NCBI GenBank assembly: GCA_963745025.1
Contig: CAVUWD010000002.1
Coordinates: 64,001 to 128,000, forward strand
Length of the DNA stretch: 64,000 bases
DNA from: an uncultured delta proteobacterium
Lineage (GTDB): Bacteria; Desulfobacterota; Binatia; JACPRU01
Direction of reading: 5' to 3'
Shown: positions 47,788 to 58,244 of the stretch, in pieces
Layout: each line of letters starts with the position of its first letter
Numbering within the stretch: position 1 is the stretch's first letter
Notes under the pieces: model-generated
Database searches by the model: none
The model's input: only the letters and a program-made list of their open reading frames with translations
What the model was told of the DNA's origin: nothing
Program-made: the position numbers and the translations under genes

Positions 47788-48948
47788 ATGAGCCCCGGCG
47801 AAGGAATCCGCTTGGGGATCGCCGTTTCGCTGAGCGGGCGCTATGCGGCGTTCGGGCGGCAGGCCCTCGAGGGGTTGAGATGCTTCGTGCGGGAGCGCAA
47901 TCGGGCGGGTGGCGTGAGAGACCCGAGAGCCAATCGCATGGTCCCGCTCATGCTGCTCGCCGAGGATGATTGCAGCGACGGTCGGTGCGCTCGGCGAAGC
48001 GTCGAGAAGCTGATTCGTCGAGACGCGATCGATCTGCTGATCGGTCCCTACGGCAGCGGCCCCACTCTGGCAGCCGCCGAAGTCGCGGAACGCTGCCGCT
48101 ACGTGCTCTGGAACCACGGCGGCTCCTCCGACGAGATCTTCCGGCGCGGATACCACTGGACGGTCGGGATCATCTCTCCGGCTTCGCAGTATCTGATCGC
48201 GGTTCTCGACCTCTGCCGCTCCCTGGACCCGTCTCTCCGCAAGGTCGCGCTTTTTGCGGCGAAGACGGGCTTCGCATCGCAGGTCGCCGCCGGTGCCCTC
48301 GACTGGATCCGGCGAGCGGGGCTCGAGCTGACCGCGAGGCGCTTCTACGAATCCGGTATGAACGACTTCGCGCCGCTCCTCGTCGGGCTCGAGGAAGATC
48401 CGCCGGACGTTCTCGTCGGCGCGGGTCGTTTCGAAGACGATCTTCTGCTCGGGCGACAGCTCGCCGAATCGAAGCCGCCGATCAAGGCGGCGGGACTGGT
48501 CGGCGCGGCGGTCGGTGAGTTCGCGGGAGCACTGGGGGGAGCCTCGGAGGGCTTCTTCGGGCCCAGTCAGTGGGAGCCCGGAGTGGAGTACGCGGTGGAC
48601 TGTGGACCGACGGCCGAGGACTTCCGCGCCAGCTACGCGAGATCCGGGCAGGGATCGATCGATTACCCCGCCGCGCAGGGCTACGCCGGCGGCCTCATCG
48701 CGATTCGCTGCGTCGAGGAAGCAGCCTCCCTCGACCAGGCGGCTCTCCGCGAGGCCGCCGGCCGGCTTCGCTGCACGACCTTCTACGGGCCGTTCGCGAT
48801 CGATCCGCCGACCGGACGCCAGACTGCCCACTCGTTGGTGGTTGCGCAGTGGCAAAACGGCGAGAAGAAGGTGGTCTGGCCGCCTGCCGCTGCCGAGAGC
48901 CGAGCCGACTATCCCGCTTCTCCTGGACGCCGTCGATCACCGGGGTAG
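47788..48948 (+). CDS. Branched-chain amino acid ABC-type substrate-binding domain protein (no clear signal peptide)
   Basis: SLSGRYAAFG, LLIGPYGSG, TFYGPFAID..GRQ, QWQNG..VVWP. Confidence 0.85.
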   Translation: MSPGEGIRLGIAVSLSGRYAAFGRQALEGLRCFVRERNRAGGVRDPRANRMVPLMLLAEDDCSDGRCARRSVEKLIRRDAIDLLIGPYGSGPTLAAAEVAERCRYVLWNHGGSSDEIFRRGYHWTVGIISPASQYLIAVLDLCRSLDPSLRKVALFAAKTGFASQVAAGALDWIRRAGLELTARRFYESGMNDFAPLLVGLEEDPPDVLVGAGRFEDDLLLGRQLAESKPPIKAAGLVGAAVGEFAGALGGASEGFFGPSQWEPGVEYAVDCGPTAEDFRASYARSGQGSIDYPAAQGYAGGLIAIRCVEEAASLDQAALREAAGRLRCTTFYGPFAIDPPTGRQTAHSLVVAQWQNGEKKVVWPPAAAESRADYPASPGRRRSPG

Positions 48949-48959
48949 GTTACAGCCGC

Positions 48960-49784
48960 ATGCAGCCGCCGGACCCGCTGACGCGCCTCCTTCGCGGCCT
49001 CGATCTCGAGGAGATCCGCGCGGACGTCTTCCGCGCCCGAACCGGCGGAGGCACGGAACGGCTCTTCGGCGGGCTTCTTCTCGCCCAGGCGGTGATCGCC
49101 GCCGGAAGAACGATCACGGGCAGGAATCTTCACTCGCTGCACGCCTCGTTTCTGCGCCCGGGTCGGTCCCGGGTGCCGCTCGAGCTCGCCGTCGAGCGTC
49201 TGCGCGACGGGCGAAGCTTCAGCGCGCGACGGGTGACCGGAATCCAGGCCCATGACGTGACGATCGTCGCCACGGCGAGCTTCACTCGTCCAGGCGAAGG
49301 CGTCTCACACCAAGACCCGATGCCGGAGGCGCCGGATCCGCAGGGTCTCCCCGACTGGGAAGATCTCCGCGCGGCGATGCTTGGAACCGAGCCCCGCCGC
49401 GTCGCGGTCGAGCTTCGCGTCTGCGACGCCGATCCCGAGATCGCCGGTGTCCGCCTGCCGGCCTATCGCCGCGTGTGGATCCGTCCGCGTGGAGAGCTCC
49501 CCGACGACCCGTTGCTCCATGCGGCGATGTTCGTGTTCGCGACGGACCGGACGCTCCTTCGGGTGGCGGCACGCCCTCACGGCCCGATCTGGCGCGTCCG
49601 CCACGCCGCGAGTCTCGATCACGCCGTGTGGCTGCACCATGTCGCGAGATTCGACGACTGGGTGCTGTACGTCTGCGAGAGCCCGATCGCCGAGAGCGGA
49701 CGAGCGCTCGCGCTCGGCGCGATGTACGCTCGCGACGGTCGCCGTCTCCTGTCGGTCGCTCAGGAGGGGCTGCTGCGCTTCTGA
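48960..49784 (+). CDS. tesB: Acyl-CoA thioesterase II
   Basis: RLFGG.LLAQA, HSLHASFLRPG, RLRDGRSFSARRV, ASLDHAVWLH, SVAQEGLLR. Confidence 0.9.
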   Translation: MQPPDPLTRLLRGLDLEEIRADVFRARTGGGTERLFGGLLLAQAVIAAGRTITGRNLHSLHASFLRPGRSRVPLELAVERLRDGRSFSARRVTGIQAHDVTIVATASFTRPGEGVSHQDPMPEAPDPQGLPDWEDLRAAMLGTEPRRVAVELRVCDADPEIAGVRLPAYRRVWIRPRGELPDDPLLHAAMFVFATDRTLLRVAARPHGPIWRVRHAASLDHAVWLHHVARFDDWVLYVCESPIAESGRALALGAMYARDGRRLLSVAQEGLLRF

Positions 49785-49924
49785 GGCGTGCGGATGAGAA
49801 CGGCGTCAGCAAGAGGGAAATTATCCCTCTTGGATTTTCGGCGACCCATCATTCTCGAATCATTGCGACCGTGGGCCGTCTATCTCAGGAGAGGCAGCGC
49901 GTCCAAGCGGCCAACGAGGAAGCC

Positions 49925-51692
49925 ATGGAACCCATGCTGGTAGGAGTCGGGACCGCGCTCGGGGCGCACCGTTACCGGCAAGAGGAACTGATCGAGGGCT
50001 TCCGAGGACTCTGGAGCGCGGACGGCCGCGAGTTTGCCCCGGTCGAACGCTTCCACCGCGCGGTTTGCGTCGCGGCCCGCCATCTCGCTCTGCCGATGGA
50101 AGCCTATCCGCTGCGGAGCTTCGGTGAGGCTGCCCGGGTCTTCCTCGACGCCGGCACCGATCTCGCCGAACGGGCTACGGCCGAGGCGCTCGACGCTGCT
50201 CGCTTTTGGCCCGCTGATGTCGACGCTCTTTTCTTCACCACGGTTACCGGCGTCGCCGCTCCGACCCTCGACGTCCGCCTGGCAAACCGCCTGCGCTTTC
50301 GCTCCGATTTGAAGCGCTTGCCATTTTTCGGATTCGGCTGCGTCGGTGGGGCGAGCGGACTCGCGCGCGTCTACGACTATCTACTTGGATGGCCGGATCA
50401 CGTCGCGGTTCTGTTGTCCGTCGAACTCTGTTCTCTCGGCGAAAGCGCAATGGGATGGGAGGTCGGTGCCGCGGGCTTCTCCGTGGTCCTGTCGCCGACC
50501 GTGCCGATGCTCGTGCGCGAGAACATCGGCAAGAACGTCGACGAGTTCCTGACCGCCCACGGACTTCGCCGCTCGGACATCCGCGCGTGGATCTGCCATC
50601 CCGGAGGACCGAAGATCCTGAATGCTCTGGCCGAGACTCTGGAGCTCGAGCAGGGAGAGCTCGACCTCACCTGGCGATGTCTCCGCGATCTCGGGAACAT
50701 CTCGAGCGCTTCCGCGACTGCGCGCGCTTCCGTTCGAAAGCGTGTACAGCCGTAACGAGAGCAACCCGGAGGTCGACGTCCGCCCGCACGAGGTCGCCGC
50801 CGTGATGTACACTTCCGGCACGACGGGTCGTCCAAGGGCGTGATGATGCCGCACGCGCAGGGCTACTTCGCTTCCGACGAAGGCGCGACCTGGTCGACTC
50901 GGCGAGGACGACGTCTACTACACCTGCAGCCCGTTCTTCCACGTCAACGCGCAGATGCTCACCGTCTATCCGTGTCTGATCGTCGGCGCCCAGGCGGTGA
51001 TCTATCCATACTTCAGTGCCGGCGAGTGGATCAATCAGATCCGCGCGTCGGGCGCCACCGTCGCCAACTTTCTCGGCGTGATGATGGACTTCATCTGCCG
51101 GCAGCCGCCCAGCGCCGAGGACCGTGACAACCGGCTGCGCTGCGTCTTCTCCGTGCCCACGCCAGCCGGCCTCGTCGACGCGTTCAAGCGGCGCTTCGAT
51201 GTCGAGGCCACCGTCGAGGCCTACGGTATGACGGAGATCTCGCTGCCGATCATGCTGCCCTACGGCGAGTATCGGCCGGGCGCCTCGGGAAGGCCGTGGC
51301 CGACTGGTTCGACGTGCGCATCATCGACCCGGACACCGACGAGGAGCTGCCGCCGGGCCAAGTCGGTGAGCTCGTCGTGCGCCACAAAGAGCCCTGGACC
51401 CTCAATGCCGGCTACCTCGGCATGCCCGAGAAGACCGCCGAGGTATGCCGCAACCTCTGGTTCACGGGAGACGCACTGCGGCGTGACGAGGACGGCTACT
51501 TCTACTTCGTCGACCGCATCAAGGATGCGCTGCGCCGGCGCGGAGAACATCTCGAGCGCTTCCGCGCTCTTCGTGTTGCGGGCGACCCTCGCGGAGGGAA
51601 CCTGGCGGCCGGGCTCTCCGGGACTTCTCCTCGCCATGGGACCTGGCTTCTCGGCGGAGCTCGTTCTGCTGAGGAACAGCGGCGAGGCGTGA
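49925..51692 (+). pseudogene. Type III polyketide synthase, internally deleted and split by an insertion
   Basis: GFGCVGG (Cys), VELCSL, ICHPGGPKI (His), GNISS (Asn); C-terminus ..AMGPGFSAELVLL at 51548-51692; the LFGDGA segment is missing. Confidence 0.85.
50717..51550 (+). pseudogene. Acyl-CoA ligase (CaiC-like AMP-binding) internal fragment with several frameshifts
   Basis: MYTSGTTG, PFFHVNA, EAYGMTE, GELVVR, GYFYFVDRIKDALRRRGE. Confidence 0.85.
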
Positions 51693-51794
51693 GCAGCGAG
51701 ACACTCTCTACTGTCGCCGGCAGCTTGAGCGCGAGACTGCTAGGTGGACCAGGCCTCTGCAAGCACACGTTCTGCTGCGGAACAGCGGCGAGGC

Positions 51795-52385
51795 GTGAGC
51801 AGCGAGACGCTCTTCTTCTTTCTGCTCGCTGCCACGGCCTTCGAGCGCCTCGTGGAGCTGGCGCTCTCCCGCCGCAACGCCGCGTGGAGCTTCGCGCGGG
51901 GCGGGAAAGAATACGGCCGCGGCCACTACCCGCTCATGGTCGTGCTCCACGTCGGGCTTCTGGTTGGCGCCCCGGCCGAGGTCCTTTTTCTCTCCCGGCC
52001 CTTCGTCCCCGTTCTCGGCTGGCCCATGCTCGCGCTCGTGCTCGCCGCCCAGGCGCTGCGCTGGACGGCGGTGGGGACGCTCGGCACTCATTGGACGACC
52101 CGGGTGATCGTCGTCCCCGGACACGAGCGGATCCGCTCGGGTCCCTATCGCTTCGTCCGGCACCCGAACTATCTCGCGGTCGTCTTGGAGGGATTCGCGC
52201 TCCCCTTGGTCCACTCCGCATGGCTCACGGCAACGCTCTTCACCGCCGCGAACCTGCCGCTTCTCGCCGTGCGGATTCGCTGCGAGGAGCGGGCGCTTCT
52301 CTGGGGACGGCCGCGGTGCGGGCGTGAAAAGAGACGGCGGCCTCTGAAAGCTATTCCAGTACCTGCTCGACGGTCTCAACCCTGA
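51795..52385 (+). CDS. Isoprenylcysteine carboxyl methyltransferase family (SrsB/BpsB-like)
   Basis: ERLVELALSRRN, GGKEYGRGHYP, HWTTRVIV, GPYRFVRHPNY, RIRCEE. Confidence 0.88.
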   Translation: MSSETLFFFLLAATAFERLVELALSRRNAAWSFARGGKEYGRGHYPLMVVLHVGLLVGAPAEVLFLSRPFVPVLGWPMLALVLAAQALRWTAVGTLGTHWTTRVIVVPGHERIRSGPYRFVRHPNYLAVVLEGFALPLVHSAWLTATLFTAANLPLLAVRIRCEERALLWGRPRCGREKRRRPLKAIPVPARRSQP

Positions 52386-52814
52386 GCGCATCCTAGTCGG
52401 CGCCGAGGCGGTCGGCATGGGCAAACGGGCGCTCGACGCGCCGTCCGCTACGCCAACGAGCGGATCGTCTTCGGCCGGCCTATCGGGATGAACCAGGGTC
52501 TTCAGTTCCCGCTGGCCGATGCCGCAGCCCGCCTCGAGACGGCCGGGCTCATGGTTTACAAGGCTGCTTGGCTCTACGACCGTGGCTTGCCCTGCGGCAA
52601 GGAGGCCAACATGGCCAAGTACGTGGCCGCCGACGCCGCCTATCAAGCCGCCGACCGCGCGGTGCAGATCCACGGAGGGTACGGCTACATCAAAGACTAC
52701 GACGTTGAACGGTACTGGCGCGAGGCGCGGCTGTTCCGCCTGGCGCCGATCTCGCAAGAGATGGTGCTGAACTATATCGGCGAGCACGTGCTCGGGTTGC
52801 CGCGCTCGTATTGA
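52350..52814 (+). pseudogene. Acyl-CoA dehydrogenase C-terminal fragment
   Basis: YLLDGLNPERIL, frameshift, then RIVFGRPIGMNQG.QFPLA, QIHGGYGY, VLGLPRSY. Confidence 0.85.
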
Positions 52815-52971
52815 GCGGAGAGGAGAGTCGCATCGAACCGGTCGAGGACATCCCACAAAGAACGACGGCGGCCTCGAATTCGGATCTTTCCGCTCGCGAT
52901 TTAGGACCTGGCGAGATCGCACGCTGGCAAACTTCGTTCCGCGGATGTAATTTGCCCTCTCGGAACCACCC

Positions 52972-54213
52972 GTGACAGATCCGGAAGATCGAGAGGCGAG
53001 CGCCGAGGAAGACTTTGCCGCGCTCCTGGCGCAGAGCGAAGCGGCCGAGAAGCGCCGCCCGCGGATCCGCAGCGGGGACCTCGTGCGCGGGCGCGTGGTG
53101 GCCGTCGGAGCGCAGAGCGCCTTCGTCGCGATCGGCGCGAAGGCGGAAGCGGTGATCGAGCTCGCCGAATTCCGCGATCCCGAGACCGGGGAAGTTCGGC
53201 TCGCGATCGGAGACCAGATCGAGGCGACGGTGATGGACGACGGCAGCCGCTCGGGATCGATCGTTCTCAAACGAACGCTCGGCCGCGGCGGGCACGTCCC
53301 CGGAGAGCTCGAGCAGGCGCTCGAGCACGGCATCGCCGTCGAAGGGGTGGTGACCGGCCAGAACAAGGGAGGATTCGACGTACAGGTCGCGGGGCAACGA
53401 GCGTTCTGTCCCGCCGGGCAGATCGACGTCCGCCGCGGCGATCCCGCGCAGTACGTCGGGCAGCACCTGCGCTTCCACGTGATCAAGATCGAATCCGGCG
53501 GACGGAACCTGGTGGTGTCGCGGCGGCGGCTCCTCGAAGAGGAAGCGGCCGCGAAGGCCGCCGAGACGTGGGAGCGTCTCGAGGTGGGCGCGGTCGTCAG
53601 CGGCACCGTCACGTCGCTTCGCGACTTCGGCGCCTTCGTGGACATCGGCGGGGTCGAAGGGCTCATCCACGTGAGCGAGCTCGGCTACGGTCGAGCGGGC
53701 CATCCCGGCGAGGTGCTCGAGGTGGGCCAAACCGTCGAGGCGCAGGTCGTGAAGCTCGAGCCTGACCCGACCGGGGGCCGTGGGCGCGTCGGTCTCTCGC
53801 TCCGCGCGCTCGCTCCCGATCCGTGGCAGACGGCCGCCGAGCGCTTTCCCGCGGGTGCGACGGTGAACGGCAAGGTCCGGCGCCTCGAGTCCTTCGGCGC
53901 GTTCGTCGAGATCGCCCCCGGTCTCGAGGGGCTCGCCCACGTCTCCCGCCTCGCGCTCGACCGGCGGGTCTCCCATCCGCGTCAGGTCGTCGCGGTCGGA
54001 GACGAAGTCGAAGTGACCGTCGTCTCGGTCGATCCCGAAAAGCGCAGGCTCGCGCTCTCGATGGTCGAGTCCGCCCGGCGCGCCCGCGATGCCGCCGAGT
54101 TCGCCGAGAGCGGCGAGACCGCCGACCTGCTCGCCCGATCCAAGGAAACGAAGAGCTTTGGCACGCTCGCGGAGCTGCTCGCGCCACCGAAGAAGCCGAA
54201 ACGGGGAAGCTGA
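52972..54213 (+). CDS. S1 RNA-binding protein (short ribosomal protein S1-like, four S1 domains)
   Basis: GDLVRGRVV, NKGGFDV..RAFCP, DFGAFVDIGGVEGLIHVSEL, SFGAFVEIAPGLEGLAHVS. Confidence 0.88.
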   Translation: MTDPEDREASAEEDFAALLAQSEAAEKRRPRIRSGDLVRGRVVAVGAQSAFVAIGAKAEAVIELAEFRDPETGEVRLAIGDQIEATVMDDGSRSGSIVLKRTLGRGGHVPGELEQALEHGIAVEGVVTGQNKGGFDVQVAGQRAFCPAGQIDVRRGDPAQYVGQHLRFHVIKIESGGRNLVVSRRRLLEEEAAAKAAETWERLEVGAVVSGTVTSLRDFGAFVDIGGVEGLIHVSELGYGRAGHPGEVLEVGQTVEAQVVKLEPDPTGGRGRVGLSLRALAPDPWQTAAERFPAGATVNGKVRRLESFGAFVEIAPGLEGLAHVSRLALDRRVSHPRQVVAVGDEVEVTVVSVDPEKRRLALSMVESARRARDAAEFAESGETADLLARSKETKSFGTLAELLAPPKKPKRGS

Positions 54214-54331
54214 GTCACCGGCCTGCCGTCCGCCCTCGGCGCGAACCTCGAGAACCGCCGGCAGAATTCGGCGCCGTCTGCGACCTCGTTTGCCACGGCG
54301 ACTCCGACCGCGGTAGAAAATCGGCGATCCC

Positions 54332-55147
54332 ATGAGCCTCATCGTCATCTCCCGCGAGATGGGAAGCGGCGGCACGTTGCTCGGTCGCGCCGTCGCGCAG
54401 CGTCTCGGTTACCGCTTCGCAGGCCGCGAGGTGATCCTCGAAGCGGTCAAGCGCTACCGCGTCCCCGAGGAAAGCCTGTCGCGGCTCGAGGAGGGAAAGC
54501 CGAGGTTCTGGGAGCGATTGGATCGCGAGCGTTACCTCGCCTACCTCCAGGCCGTGATCTACGCCTTCGCCGCGGACGACGACGCGGTGCTCACGGGCCG
54601 GGCGGCGCCGTTCTTCTTCGCCGGCGTCGATCACGCGCTGCGCGTGCGCGTCACGGCGCCGCTTGCGGTCCGCGCGGCGCGGCTCGCCGAGGAGGCGAAG
54701 ATCCCGGTCAGCGAGGCGGAAGGGCGCATCGCCCGCTACGACAGCGATTCGAGCGCTCGCCTCGCGCAGGCGTTGAACGTCGACGCCAGCGACCCGCACG
54801 GTTACGACGTGGTGCTGAACACCGCGCGGGGAACGCCCGACGGCCATGCGGCCGTCATCGCCGAGTTCGTCCAGCATCCCCCGTTCCGCTCGACTCCCGA
54901 GTCGGTCCGGGCGATGCGTGACCGGGCGATCGCGGCACAGGTTCGCGCCGAGCTGCTGCAGACCTCGGGCCTCGACACGCCATCGATCCAGGTGCGCTCG
55001 GAGGGCGGTTACGTATCGCTCCACGGCACGGTCTTCGGACCCGAGTGGGAGGCGCGCGCCATCGCCGCGGCGAGCTCGGTGCCCGGCGTCCGGCGCGTGG
55101 TCTGCGAATCGATCGATCCGGCCGCCGGCTACATCCCGCCTCGCTGA
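54332..55147 (+). CDS. Cytidylate kinase-like family protein with a C-terminal BON domain
   Basis: IVISREMGSGG, GRAA, RVRVTAPL..R, YDVVLNT; C-terminal IQVRSEGGYVSLHG..SVPGVRRV. Confidence 0.85.
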   Translation: MSLIVISREMGSGGTLLGRAVAQRLGYRFAGREVILEAVKRYRVPEESLSRLEEGKPRFWERLDRERYLAYLQAVIYAFAADDDAVLTGRAAPFFFAGVDHALRVRVTAPLAVRAARLAEEAKIPVSEAEGRIARYDSDSSARLAQALNVDASDPHGYDVVLNTARGTPDGHAAVIAEFVQHPPFRSTPESVRAMRDRAIAAQVRAELLQTSGLDTPSIQVRSEGGYVSLHGTVFGPEWEARAIAAASSVPGVRRVVCESIDPAAGYIPPR

Positions 55148-55181
55148 GCCGTTTCCGCCGCCGGCCGACCGGCCGCCACCC

Positions 55182-56723
55182 TCAGTGTGCCGCGACCATG
55201 GCGCCGCGGCTCCGGCCGAGGAACACGATGAGCGGCAGCATCGCCACCGCCACGAGCGTGAGGATCACGAACACGTCGGAGAAGGCGAGGACCGCCGCCT
55301 CGCGCTGGACGAGCCCGTAGATCATCGCCGTGGCCTGCTGCATGGCGCTCTCCGGCGGCGCTCCCGCGCGCATCGCGAGCTCGGTTCCGCCCTGGAAGGC
55401 GAGCTGCGCGATCGGGTTGGTCGGGTTGACGTGGGTGACCAGGATCGCCTGGTGGAGCTGCGCGCGGCGTACGATGAAGGTGCTGGCGACCGCGATGCCG
55501 ACCGAGGCGCCCGTGTTGCGCATCAGGTTGAAGAGCCCCGAGGCGCTGCCGACGCGCTCGGCGGGGATGGCCGCCAGGGCCGCCGCCGACAGCGGAACGA
55601 ACGTGAAGCCCATGCCGAAGCCGTGGACGAGTGACGGCCACACCATGCCCCAGAAGCTCGACTGGATCGTGAACTGCGACATCTCGAAGCTGCCGACCGC
55701 GACGAAAATGAATCCGGTCGCGAGGATGAATCGGGTGTCGATCTTGCCGTACAGCTGGCCGACGATGAACATGCTCGTCATCGTCGCGAAGCCGCGCGGC
55801 GCCATCGCCAGGCCCGCCTGGAGAGCCGGATAGCCCATCACGTACTGCAAGTAGAGCGGCCACGTCACGAGGTTCCCGTAGAGCGTGAAGGCGAGGAGCG
55901 TGCTCATCGCCGCGCCGGCGGCGAAGGCGCGGAAGCGAAAGAGAGAAAGATCGACGACCGGGTGCTCGCAACGAGTCTCCCACCAGATCAAGGTGACGAA
56001 CGCGATCATCGAGACGCCGAGAAAGACCGAAACCCACGTTGCCTCGAACCAGTCGGCGCGCTCGCCGCGGTCGAGGACGAGCTGCCAGACGCCGATCGTG
56101 ACCACCACGAGGGCGAGCCCGAGGTAGTCGATCCGCTCGATCTTCCGCGCCGGGTGCTTGGACTCGGGGATGAATGCGCCCTGGAGTAGGAAGGCGAGGA
56201 TGCCGAACGGCAGGTTCACGTAGTAGATCCACCGCCAGCTGTAGTTGTCGGTGATCCAGCCGCCGAGCGCGGGGCCGAGGATCGGTGCGGTCATCAGCCC
56301 CATTCCCCAGACCGCCATCGCCAGACCGTGCTGCGCCGGCGGAAAGGCCTCCATGAGCACCGCTTGCGACATCGGGATCATCGCGGCGCCGCCCATACCC
56401 TGAATGACCCGGAAGACGACCATACTCTGCAGGTTCCAGGCCAGGCCGCAAAGCATCGACGCCGCCGTGAAGAGTACCGTCGACGCCATGAAGAAGCGCT
56501 TGCGGCCGAACAGCATCGACAGCCAGCCGGTGAGCGGAACGACGATGCCGTTCGAGACGAGGTAGGAAGTGAGGATCCACGTGACCTCGTCGACCGATGC
56601 CGAGAAGCTCGCCTGCATGTGCGGCAAGGCGACGTTGCCGATCGTGACGTCGAGCACCTCGAGGATCGTCGCGAGCATCGCCGCCACCGCGACGAGCCAC
56701 TTGTTGGTTCCTGTGGAACTCAC
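55182..56723 (-). CDS. emrB: DHA2-family MFS multidrug efflux permease
   Basis: LEVLDVTIGNVALPHM, WILTSYL, FGRKRFF, APILGPALGGWITDNYSWRWI. Confidence 0.93.
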   Translation of the reverse strand: MSSTGTNKWLVAVAAMLATILEVLDVTIGNVALPHMQASFSASVDEVTWILTSYLVSNGIVVPLTGWLSMLFGRKRFFMASTVLFTAASMLCGLAWNLQSMVVFRVIQGMGGAAMIPMSQAVLMEAFPPAQHGLAMAVWGMGLMTAPILGPALGGWITDNYSWRWIYYVNLPFGILAFLLQGAFIPESKHPARKIERIDYLGLALVVVTIGVWQLVLDRGERADWFEATWVSVFLGVSMIAFVTLIWWETRCEHPVVDLSLFRFRAFAAGAAMSTLLAFTLYGNLVTWPLYLQYVMGYPALQAGLAMAPRGFATMTSMFIVGQLYGKIDTRFILATGFIFVAVGSFEMSQFTIQSSFWGMVWPSLVHGFGMGFTFVPLSAAALAAIPAERVGSASGLFNLMRNTGASVGIAVASTFIVRRAQLHQAILVTHVNPTNPIAQLAFQGGTELAMRAGAPPESAMQQATAMIYGLVQREAAVLAFSDVFVILTLVAVAMLPLIVFLGRSRGAMVAAH

Positions 56724-57781
56724 TCGGTGAGAGCCATTGCCTCTGCGACCGGGCGCTTGCGGACCGGCGTCTCGCCGCTCACGTCGATCGTGGCGACCAC
56801 CGACAGGCTCACCCGCAGCGGACGGTCGATCGGCGGCGGCTCGTCGAGCGCGATCCGCACCGGAACGCGCTGCACGACCTTGACCCAGTTCCCGCTCGCG
56901 TTCTCGGGCGGTAGCAGAGCGAACGCAGCGCCGCTCCCGGGAGCCATGCTCGCGACGTGGCCATGGTAGACGACGTCCGGGTAGACGTCGGCGACGACCT
57001 CCGCGGGCTGGCCGACGCGAACCGAGTAGAGCTGCGTCTCCTTGAAGTTCGCCTCGATGTACACGCGCCCGAGCGGGACGATCATCATGAGCGGCTGACC
57101 GGCCTGGATGCGCTGGCCGAGCTCGATGGTGCGCCTAGCGATCACGCCGGCGATCGGAGCGCGGACGTCGGCGTAGGAGAGCAGAAGAGCCGCCATGTCA
57201 CGCGCGGCGATTGCCTGACGAACGATGGCCGTCTCCGTCGAAGGGGCGTCGAGGGGGATTCCGAGCGCGGCCTGCGCGCCGACGACCTCGTGGCGCGCGG
57301 CCTCGACCCGAGCCTCGCCGGCGCGCAGCGCGGTTCGCGTCTGGTCGAGCCGCTCGACGGACATGGCCTGCCGGCCGGCGAGCTGCTCGGCACGCGAATG
57401 ATCGAGCCGGCGCTGTGCGAGCTCCGCTTCGGCGACCGCGAGATGGCTCTGGGCGGTCAGCACGGCGGCCTTCATCTCCTCCGTGGTGCGGATCGCGTGG
57501 GCGACCGCCGCTTCGGTCTCGCGGAGCTTGACCTCGTACTCCGCGCGGTCGAGCCTCACGATCAAGTCGCCCTCCTCGACGTGCGCGTTCTCCTGGACCG
57601 CTAGCTCGACGATGGCACCCGGGACGCGCGCCGTCACCTGTGCGATGTCGGCTCGCACGTAGGCGTCGTCGGTCGAGACGTGAGTCTGGTAGAAGCGCCA
57701 CCAGCGGACGCCGACGACCCCCGCGGCGACGAGCGCCACGACGACGAGGACGATCAGGGCCGGACGCCGCCAGCGCGTCAT
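56720..57781 (-). CDS. emrA: HlyD-family membrane fusion protein
   Basis: VSTDDAYV, ANFKETQL, FALLPPENASGNWVKVVQRVPVRI. Confidence 0.93.
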   Translation of the reverse strand: MTRWRRPALIVLVVVALVAAGVVGVRWWRFYQTHVSTDDAYVRADIAQVTARVPGAIVELAVQENAHVEEGDLIVRLDRAEYEVKLRETEAAVAHAIRTTEEMKAAVLTAQSHLAVAEAELAQRRLDHSRAEQLAGRQAMSVERLDQTRTALRAGEARVEAARHEVVGAQAALGIPLDAPSTETAIVRQAIAARDMAALLLSYADVRAPIAGVIARRTIELGQRIQAGQPLMMIVPLGRVYIEANFKETQLYSVRVGQPAEVVADVYPDVVYHGHVASMAPGSGAAFALLPPENASGNWVKVVQRVPVRIALDEPPPIDRPLRVSLSVVATIDVSGETPVRKRPVAEAMALTE

Positions 57782-58244
57782 AACGACCCGCGACCGACGA
57801 TACGGTGGTCGAGCTCGAAGCTCCGCGTCGGCAAGCGGGCCGAATCGGCATGTCGGGGCTCGGGGCTTCGCGTGTGCGCCATGGCGACGAACGGATCGGT
57901 GGATGAGGGATCCATAGGCGCTGGTTCTTTCGGGTCTCTATTTGCCTGTCAAATGGCGCCAGGACTTGGAGCACCGATGCCGACCGGCTGAGCTTTCCGG
58001 AATCGTCGCGCCACGCGAAGAATTTGGAGAAGCAGTGACAAATCGCAGATTGCGGGCGTCAGCCTGCGCCGAGGCCGCCGAGCTCGCGAGCGGAGCAAGT
58101 CGCAGCGACCGTGACGGAGAAGCCGCTCGAGCAGCGGCGGCGACGGCGGGCGTATCGCCGAGTCGGCGCCGTCCGCCTAGCGATCGAAGATCACGTGCTC
58201 GGCGGTCATGAACACGCGCGACTGAATGCTTCAGCGCTTCGGCA

